Of a stretch of 17,604 nt of DNA, positions 12,914-17,432 are shown piece after piece. Each line of letters begins with the position of its first letter. Position 1 is the stretch's first letter. The stretch lies in IMG/VR virus record IMGVR_UViG_3300021400_000219, positions 121,970 to 139,573 of that record, one strand, 5' to 3'. The notes below the pieces were generated by a model. That model was not told the DNA's origin. It ran no database searches and was given only the letters and a program-made list of their open reading frames with translations. This DNA comes from a virus. The translations under genes and the position numbers were made by a program.

Positions 12914-13167
12914 GTGCATTTTGACGAGGTTTCGGGATTCGTCAAGTTGCACAAAAATGTAACCAAATTGTAACCAAAATTTGTGCAATTTGACGGTGGC
13001 GCGAACTCGGCTGCCAACGACTGCGCTGGGCCACAGTGCACTCGTTGGCGGCCGGTTCGTCATTTTGCACAAATGCGTGCGTGCGAGGGGCCTTAACTTT
13101 ATGCATTATGACGAAAAAAAATTTTTGTGCAAAATGACGAATCAAATCCTGATTCGTCAAAATGCAC
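12914..13167. repeat. array of GTGCA-N3-TGACG motifs in nested inverted pairs
   Basis: Forward copies at 12914-12927, 12983-12996, 13101-13114 and 13127-13140. Reverse copies at 12939-12952, 13057-13070 and 13154-13167. Further copies at 4294-4307 and 10322-10335. Confidence 0.8.
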
Positions 13168-13192
13168 AAAAAAAGAGGCATTGCCCGGCCTC
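13166..13192 (-). terminator. intrinsic terminator
   Basis: Minus GAGGC-CGGGCAAT-GCCTC followed by TTTTTTT. Confidence 0.6.
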
Positions 13193-13463
13193 ATCGGGGG
13201 GAAGCTTGACGCCCTTCCCTGGCGGTGGTGTCCACTTTCGGGGACACGCCCGGCTCCGTTTGCTAGCCGCAGGAGCGTCGCGGCGCTGGGGTCGTTCCCT
13301 TGCCCCTTGGGGAACTTGATGGCCTCCATTTCTATCCCGCGGCCTTGGGGGCGGCCTAGCTACTTTGTGGGGAGTATCGCCCACGTTTCGCCGACGCGGC
13401 TGGGATTTTGGTGTCATCGCGCATCCCGTGCGCTCAAGAGGGACAAGTCAACCTCTTTTCTAT
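13166..13463 (-). ncRNA. candidate ~300-nt GC-rich structured non-coding RNA
   Basis: Runs from promoter 13470-13498 to the intrinsic terminator GAGGC-N8-GCCTC plus T7 (13168-13192). No SD-preceded ORF. Many local hairpins, e.g. GUGUCC-CCGAAAGU-GGACAC and GGGAAG..CUUCCC. Confidence 0.4.
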
Positions 13464-13469
13464 GGTCTT

Positions 13470-13498
13470 ATTATAGCACCCGCAAGGGGTTTTGTCAA
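13470..13498 (-). promoter_or_regulatory. sigma-A/70-type promoter driving the non-coding transcript
   Basis: Minus TTGACA-N17-TATAAT (TGC-extended); an A13-containing UP-like tract upstream (plus-strand T run 13509-13521). Confidence 0.7.
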
Positions 13499-13540
13499 GG
13501 GTTTTTTCTTTTTTTTTTTTTGTTCCCGGAGGGCCGGGGC

Positions 13541-13699
13541 TTAGTAGCCCCAGCCGATGGAGGTTACCCTCCATCCCTCCTCCCGCAGTGCGGGATAAAG
13601 GGCGGCGAAACTCGCCAACCCGTGTTCCCACACACGGGACTCACAGGCCCACAGGCCAGTGAAGAGGTTCCGATGGAACCGGATGTATTCAATTTTCAT
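13541..13699 (-). CDS. hypothetical protein (52 aa)
   Basis: True start MKIEYIRFHRNLF at 13699 after AAAGGAGG. The stop is in the GGGGCT-N4-AGCCCC hairpin. Confidence 0.6.
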   Translation of the reverse strand: MKIEYIRFHRNLFTGLWACESRVWEHGLASFAALYPALREEGWRVTSIGWGY

Positions 13700-13729
13700 G
13701 GAAGTGACCTCCTTTGTTTTACTGTAATC

Positions 13730-13758
13730 ATTATAGCAGACCCGCCCGGGTTTGTCAA
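13730..13758 (-). promoter_or_regulatory. sigma-A/70-type promoter (gene-proximal tandem)
   Basis: Minus TTGACA-N17-TATAAT (TGC-extended); CCCGGG lies within the spacer. Confidence 0.7.
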
Positions 13759-13924
13759 CCCTTTTTTTCATTTTTTTTATTTTTTTTTGGTTCCCCATAC
13801 CCCTCCGGGGAACCACTGGCCGGCTATTTTTTACCTCCCGCCCTAGGGGGTGGCCCTTGGTACTTTGTGGGGTATCTTGCCCACGTTTCCCAGAGGGAGG
13901 GCCCGGAGGGTTTCCCCTCCTGAC
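13759..13924 (-). ncRNA. candidate short GC-rich RNA between tandem promoters
   Basis: Starts after promoter 13931-13959. Contains GGAGGG-GAAA-CCCTCC and GGTTCCCC..GGGGAACC hairpins and a ~50-nt block homologous to 13341-13392. Confidence 0.3.
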
Positions 13925-13930
13925 ATGATT

Positions 13931-13959
13931 ATAATACCACAGGCCCGGCTAAAAGTCTA
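13931..13959 (-). promoter_or_regulatory. sigma-A/70-type promoter (distal tandem; back-to-back with a plus-sense TTGACA box)
   Basis: Minus TAGACT-N17-TATTAT (TGG-extended). Its -35 overlaps a plus-sense TTGACA in GTCTATTGACA (13955-13965). Confidence 0.55.
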
Positions 13960-14007
13960 TTGACAAATCTCACAAATCGGGATGTTCTATTTTGTGCATT
14001 TTTACTC

Positions 14008-14037
14008 TTGACAGCCGAGCCTATTTTGTGGTATAAT
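14008..14037 (+). promoter_or_regulatory. plus-strand promoter facing a GC-rich island
   Basis: TTGACA-N18-TATAAT (TGG-extended); the upstream CATTTTTACTCTTGACA is conserved with 16916-16944. Confidence 0.6.
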
Positions 14038-14044
14038 ATTTCTG

Positions 14045-14171
14045 TACTGCCTGCGCGCGCGGTCGCCGGCCGTTAGCGGGGGCTAACTGTGCCTGGGTGT
14101 GCGCCTTTATTGCAATAAAGCACTAAAGTGCACAAGGGCAAAAAACTACGAGGATTTTTTAATCCTCGTAG
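14045..14171 (+). ncRNA. candidate small RNA / GC-rich island, copy A
   Basis: CTGCGCGCGCGGTCGCCGGCCGTTAGCGGGGGCTAAC...GTGTGCGCCTTTATTGCAATAAAG... running into hairpin 14146-14171, which is shared with the convergent minus-strand gene. Confidence 0.3.
14139..14171 (-). terminator. intrinsic terminator containing the stop codon
   Basis: Minus CTACGAGGATT-AAAA-AATCCTCGTAG followed by TTTTTTG; the stop of 14159..14290 lies in the loop. Confidence 0.75.
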
Positions 14172-14290
14172 TCAATGGCGATGACCTTCCAGCCCTTGGG
14201 CGGTTCGTAGTTTTCCGGCAGGCCCTTCCAGAGAATCAATTCAGTATCGGCCCACTCTCCATCAATCTTTCTGATTTCAATGCTCCACAT
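14159..14290 (-). CDS. hypothetical micro-protein (43 aa)
   Basis: True start MWSIEIRKIDGEW at 14290 after AGAAAGGA; the conserved 5'UTR is shared with 1714..2082 and 17067..17294. Confidence 0.6.
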   Translation of the reverse strand: MWSIEIRKIDGEWADTELILWKGLPENYEPPKGWKVIAIDYED

Positions 14291-14342
14291 AATCTTTTTT
14301 CCTTTCTGGTTTGTTAGGTTTTCCTTCCCTCTTTCTGATTGT

Positions 14343-14371
14343 ATTATAGCAGACTCAACCGGGTTTGTCAA
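14343..14371 (-). promoter_or_regulatory. sigma-A/70-type promoter
   Basis: Minus TTGACA-N17-TATAAT (TGC-extended). Confidence 0.75.
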
Positions 14372-14385
14372 CCCCTTTTTCAAAT

Positions 14386-14529
14386 TTATTTAATTCTTTT
14401 TACTTTGATAACCTTAGCCCCAGAGTATTCAGCTTTTCCCTCTTTCAGAAATTTGCGGTTAGGATTGACAAGGGTGATGGTAGATTCTTCGCCGCAAAGG
14501 CTGATGGTAATTTCATAAATCTTTTTCAT
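14386..14529 (-). CDS. hypothetical micro-protein (47 aa)
   Basis: Below the track cut-off; AAAGGAAA SD. Sequence MKKIYEITISLCGEESTITLVNPNRKFLKEGKAEYSGAKVIKVKRIK. Confidence 0.6.
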   Translation of the reverse strand: MKKIYEITISLCGEESTITLVNPNRKFLKEGKAEYSGAKVIKVKRIK

Positions 14530-14562
14530 TTTTTTTCATTTCCTTTCCTTTTTTCTGTCTTT

Positions 14563-14591
14563 ATTATAGCATCGGCCGGGCGATTTGTCAA
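14563..14591 (-). promoter_or_regulatory. sigma-A/70-type promoter
   Basis: Minus TTGACA-N17-TATAAT (TGC-extended). Confidence 0.75.
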
Positions 14592-14609
14592 CCCCTTTTT
14601 TGAAATTTT

Positions 14610-14756
14610 TTAGGGAAATTTATCTCTCCCTAAAAAACAATCCCGCATAAATTCCAACTGTTCCAGAGAAAAGCGGGCCGCAAATTGTGCGGGCGTCTCT
14701 TCAAAGAGATGGTATCCGTTGGCAACCATTTCCATTACAACTTCCAGCTTTTTCAT
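14610..14756 (-). CDS. hypothetical micro-protein (48 aa)
   Basis: True start MKKLEVVMEMVANGY at 14756 after AAAGGAGGAAC. Confidence 0.65.
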   Translation of the reverse strand: MKKLEVVMEMVANGYHLFEETPAQFAARFSLEQLEFMRDCFLGRDKFP

Positions 14757-14786
14757 TTTGTGTTCCTCCTTTGTTTTTGTACCTTT

Positions 14787-14814
14787 ATTATACCATACTT
14801 TTGGCAAATGTCAA
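14787..14814 (-). promoter_or_regulatory. sigma-A/70-type promoter (gene-proximal tandem)
   Basis: Minus TTGACA-N16-TATAAT (TGG-extended). Confidence 0.7.
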
Positions 14815-14923
14815 GACCTTTTTTCAATTTTCTTTTGGTCTTTGCGGGTCCGACCCCCGCACCCTCTGAAGGGCTGTTGTCGGCTTGGAGGTCCTTCCTA
14901 CTGGGACCCCGTCCTTGATTATT

Positions 14924-14951
14924 ATTATAGCAGATAATAGCCAAAAGTCAA
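14924..14951 (-). promoter_or_regulatory. sigma-A/70-type promoter, class B (distal tandem)
   Basis: Minus TTGACT-N16-TATAAT (TGC-extended); ATTACA 14951-14956 and GGTTACAAT at 14961-14969 and 14983-14991. Confidence 0.6.
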
Positions 14952-15022
14952 TTACAAAATGGTTACAATTTTATTTCAGAATGGTTACAATTTGCGCCCG
15001 GGCAAATGGGAAAAAGAGGGAA

Positions 15023-15487
15023 TTACTTCCCTCTCGCCCATGTCAGAACGTCCATAATCATTTCAGGATTGAAGGCCCAACCTTCCATTTCTTCCCACTC
15101 AATCACATTGTTTTCTTCATCGTCAAACAGAATCCCATTTTTCACGGTGGGCACTGTGCTTTTGGGCGTCCCATAGGGAACAATGTTGATTTCATCAAAG
15201 TGAACGCTTGCAAGGTGTTTCTTGAGCCAATTCTTTTTGGCTTCAATAACCTTTTCGTCAAATTCCTTGTTGCTATTCTTAGCTAACCAACTAACTACCC
15301 CGATTGTCCATCCCTTTTTCTGAAGGTTATTCAACCGACGGGCAAGGGCGTTCATGTTTACCAGAGGCTTAGCAACTTCATAGGGGAAGGGATTGTTTTC
15401 CAGTAGATAACCCAGCCAGTTTTCTACGCCGTAGAAGTTGGCGATTGTTCCATCCATGTCAAAGTAGATTGCCCGATTGATTTTCAT
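15023..15487 (-). CDS. HAD-superfamily hydrolase, 5'(3')-deoxyribonucleotidase (NT5C)-like, paralog 2
   Basis: 154-aa ORF; AAAGGAG SD; contains YFDMDGTIA. The stop is in the GUAA loop of AGAGGGAA/TTCCCTCT (15015-15034). Confidence 0.9.
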   Translation of the reverse strand: MKINRAIYFDMDGTIANFYGVENWLGYLLENNPFPYEVAKPLVNMNALARRLNNLQKKGWTIGVVSWLAKNSNKEFDEKVIEAKKNWLKKHLASVHFDEINIVPYGTPKSTVPTVKNGILFDDEENNVIEWEEMEGWAFNPEMIMDVLTWARGK

Positions 15488-15518
15488 TTTGTTCAGCTCC
15501 TTTTCTTTTTCTGATTAT

Positions 15519-15546
15519 AGTATACCACAAATTCCGGGATTGTCAA
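15519..15546 (-). promoter_or_regulatory. sigma-A/70-type promoter (divergent partner of 15591-15619)
   Basis: Minus TTGACA-N16-TATACT (TGG-extended). GTCAAGAG (15543-15550) and CTCTTGAC (15588-15595) form a long imperfect palindrome. Confidence 0.7.
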
Positions 15547-15590
15547 GAGTTTTTTTCAAAAAAATCAAAAAACTTTTTTCAAAAAACCTC

Positions 15591-15619
15591 TTGACAAATT
15601 GAAAAAACTGTGATACAAT
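15591..15619 (+). promoter_or_regulatory. plus-strand promoter followed by a T19 tract
   Basis: TTGACA-N17-TACAAT (TGA-extended), then AAAGGGGGAATTA and T19. Confidence 0.6.
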
Positions 15620-15632
15620 AAAGGGGGAATTA

Positions 15633-15651
15633 TTTTTTTTTTTTTTTTTTT
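15633..15651. repeat. homopolymer T19 (A19 on the gene strand)
   Basis: Counted directly from the sequence. Confidence 0.95.
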
Positions 15652-15652
15652 G

Positions 15653-15688
15653 GTTAGCTTAGGCTAACTTAGGTTAGTATGTGCTAAC
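15653..15688. repeat. two TTAGC-type mini-palindromes
   Basis: GTTAGC-TTAG-GCTAAC (15653-15668) and GTTAG-TATGTG-CTAAC (15673-15688), followed by CCCGGGCG at 15691. Confidence 0.8.
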
Positions 15689-15705
15689 TACCCGGGCGCA
15701 AGAAA

Positions 15706-16026
15706 TCAGCCCTTGGGCTGATTCTCGCAAGCCTTTTTATTATTGTTCAGGGTTTTCATTAAAGACTTGGGGCACTTTTCGCAGTTGTGGCAATTCTTGT
15801 AAATGCTGATTCCCTGACTAACAGTTGCGATAAACATTGTTACCAGATTGTTAGTAGTTGCATTGTATACAATCACAATCCCCTTTTCAGTGAGAACAAC
15901 CTTGCCATCGTTGTTGTCGTAGGTTTCTGCGATTGCAGGCCCAAACTCGCCCTTGCAATAGTCGATGATGTAGGAAATTCTTTCCATCCTCTCAACCTTG
16001 GCGTGATAACTGACTTTCTTTGTCAT
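15706..16026 (-). CDS. hypothetical protein (106 aa)
   Basis: True start MTKKVSYHAK at 16026 after AAAAGGGG (the track uses an upstream TTG). The stop lies in the 3' arm of AATCAGCCC/GGGCTGATT. Confidence 0.85.
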   Translation of the reverse strand: MTKKVSYHAKVERMERISYIIDYCKGEFGPAIAETYDNNDGKVVLTEKGIVIVYNATTNNLVTMFIATVSQGISIYKNCHNCEKCPKSLMKTLNNNKKACENQPKG

Positions 16027-16058
16027 TTTTGACAACCCCTTTTCTTATTTTCTGACTA

Positions 16059-16087
16059 AAGTATAGCACACATTCCCGCAGTTGTCA
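16059..16087 (-). promoter_or_regulatory. sigma-A/70-type promoter, class A (degenerate)
   Basis: Minus TTGACA-N17-TATACT (TGC-extended). Confidence 0.75.
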
Positions 16088-16149
16088 ATACCTTTTTTCA
16101 AATTTTTTCAGATTTTTTTGAACCGGGCGAATGGAAAAAGCTGGAAGTG

Positions 16150-16479
16150 TTACCACTCCCAGCCATCAAACCAACCATCATACCGAACAGAAACAATCTC
16201 ATCGTCATAGATAATGGGGGTATTTCTGTCATACATTACCATTGACACAATGTCACCCACAATCCAGTCACCTTCGCAATCTGTAAAGCACCATTCATTC
16301 CCGTTGAAATCCTTGCAGGTGACAAGTTTGCACTCGTCGTTGATTTCTACTATCACAGTTGTCATTGCATACAGGTTAGCAGTCTTTCCGCTTGCGGCGT
16401 CAGCGTTCACACTTGCGCCGATGCACATACCGCACACCATAACCACCAAAAGAACCATCACACTAATCAGCTTTTTCAT
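16150..16479 (-). CDS. secreted small protein with N-terminal signal peptide (109 aa)
   Basis: ORF track; AAAGGAGGAAAAC SD. MKKLISVMVLLVVMVCGMCIGASVNADAA has n-, h- and c-regions with an A-x-A-like site. The stop is in a GUAA loop. Confidence 0.9.
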   Translation of the reverse strand: MKKLISVMVLLVVMVCGMCIGASVNADAASGKTANLYAMTTVIVEINDECKLVTCKDFNGNEWCFTDCEGDWIVGDIVSMVMYDRNTPIIYDDEIVSVRYDGWFDGWEW

Positions 16480-16509
16480 TTTGTTTTCCTCCTTTGTTTT
16501 ACTGTAATC

Positions 16510-16537
16510 ATTATACCATACTTTTGGAATTTGTCAA
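16510..16537 (-). promoter_or_regulatory. sigma-A/70-type promoter
   Basis: Minus TTGACA-N16-TATAAT (TGG-extended). Confidence 0.7.
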
Positions 16538-16557
16538 GAGGTTTTTTCAAATTTCCC

Positions 16558-16591
16558 GGAAAATCTTTTGAGAGGGTTTCCCCTCTCAAAA
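16558..16591 (-). terminator. stop-codon-containing hairpin / probable terminator
   Basis: Minus TTTTGAGAGGG-GAAA-CCCTCTCAAAA followed by GATTTTCC; 11-bp stem with a GNRA loop. Confidence 0.6.
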
Positions 16592-16807
16592 AATGTTTAC
16601 CATTTCAGGCTTTACCATCTCAACAGGAAGGAAACAACCGCTTTTGCAGTAAACTTCTTGTTTCACGTTTCCATCTTTGATAACCAGACGATACACGCCG
16701 CAGGTTCTTCCAGCCGCTTCCATTTTTGCTTGTTTCCAAGCTTTTCCAAAAGCTGCAGTATCCTCAAACTCAAACCCCGCAACCTGATAAACAAACTTCT
16801 TAGCCAT
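16586..16807 (-). CDS. hypothetical protein (73 aa)
   Basis: ORF track; AAGGAAAGGGG SD. Confidence 0.85.
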   Translation of the reverse strand: MAKKFVYQVAGFEFEDTAAFGKAWKQAKMEAAGRTCGVYRLVIKDGNVKQEVYCKSGCFLPVEMVKPEMVNIF

Positions 16808-16839
16808 TTTAATGACCCCTTTCCTTAATTTCTATATTT

Positions 16840-16868
16840 ATTATAGCATCCTGTAAGCTATTTGTCTA
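16840..16868 (-). promoter_or_regulatory. sigma-A/70-type promoter, class C (divergent)
   Basis: Minus TAGACA-N17-TATAAT (TGC-extended); TTGCACAAAAA at 16877-16887. Confidence 0.6.
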
Positions 16869-16915
16869 TTGGTAAATTGCACAAAAAAGTTTTTGATTTT
16901 TGGGCATTTTTACTC

Positions 16916-16944
16916 TTGACATTCGCTGTAAATTGTGGTAAAAT
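16916..16944 (+). promoter_or_regulatory. plus-strand promoter facing a GC-rich island
   Basis: TTGACA-N17-TAAAAT (TGG-extended) followed by AAAATGGGGAG. Confidence 0.6.
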
Positions 16945-16950
16945 AAAATG

Positions 16951-17076
16951 GGGAGCTGTTGTTCGCGCGCGCCGAAGGCCGTTAGCGGCCGCTAACCGGG
17001 TGTGCGTGTGCGCACCTTTATAGCTTTAATGGGTTAAAGTAACCGGGTAAAAAAGAGAAGGACTTTTCAGTCCTTC
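16951..17076 (+). ncRNA. candidate small RNA / GC-rich island, copy B
   Basis: GGGGAGCTGTTGTTCGCGCGCGCCGAAGGCCGTTAGCGGCCGCTAACCGGGTGTGCGTGTGCGCACCTTTATAGC... Includes the 16-bp palindrome GTTAGCGGCCGCTAAC (16981-16996) and a 16-nt alternating purine-pyrimidine run (17000-17015). Confidence 0.3.
17046..17076 (-). terminator. intrinsic terminator containing the stop codon
   Basis: Minus GAAGGACT-GAAA-AGTCCTTC followed by TCTTTTTTACC; the stop codon (17067-17069) spans the loop and the first base of the 3' arm. Confidence 0.75.
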
Positions 17077-17294
17077 ATCCCCATTTCTACGAAAACTTCA
17101 AAGCCTTCAAAGTAGTAAGTCCGCCATTCGCCTTCAAATTCAATTTCTTCCCGCTCCGCCATTTCAGACAGAACTACTTCAACTTCCTGCAAGGCCCGCC
17201 ATTCTGCAGCATCACCATCAAACCGAACTGCTACAACACCATCTTCAAACTCAACCTCAAAAGCTTCCAGCATTTCAAGAATCATTTCTAACAT
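17067..17294 (-). CDS. small extremely acidic protein (75 aa)
   Basis: ORF track; AGAAAGGAAA SD. 23 D/E versus 5 K/R by count. Confidence 0.85.
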   Translation of the reverse strand: MLEMILEMLEAFEVEFEDGVVAVRFDGDAAEWRALQEVEVVLSEMAEREEIEFEGEWRTYYFEGFEVFVEMGMKD

Positions 17295-17346
17295 TGTTTT
17301 ATTTCCTTTCTGGTTTGTTGGGTTTTCCTTCCCTCTTTCTGATTAT

Positions 17347-17374
17347 AGTATAGCATAAATTCCCGGAAAGTCAA
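17347..17374 (-). promoter_or_regulatory. sigma-A/70-type promoter (divergent partner of 17433-17462)
   Basis: Minus TTGACT-N16-TATACT (TGC-extended). Confidence 0.7.
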
Positions 17375-17432
17375 GAGTTTTTTACAGAAAAGTTGTACAA
17401 ATGCCGCACACATTTTTTGTACAGTTTGTCTA

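Noticed and set aside
13127-13846. Longest plus-strand ORF in the track (239 aa), together with overlapping ORFs 12981..13319, 13099..13329, 13157..13417 and 13434..13631
   Set aside because: They lie in GC-rich non-coding DNA. They have no SD and run across promoters, a terminator and the real minus-strand micro-gene. The composition (Pro/Gly/Arg-rich, low complexity) is typical of spurious ORFs in GC-rich sequence.
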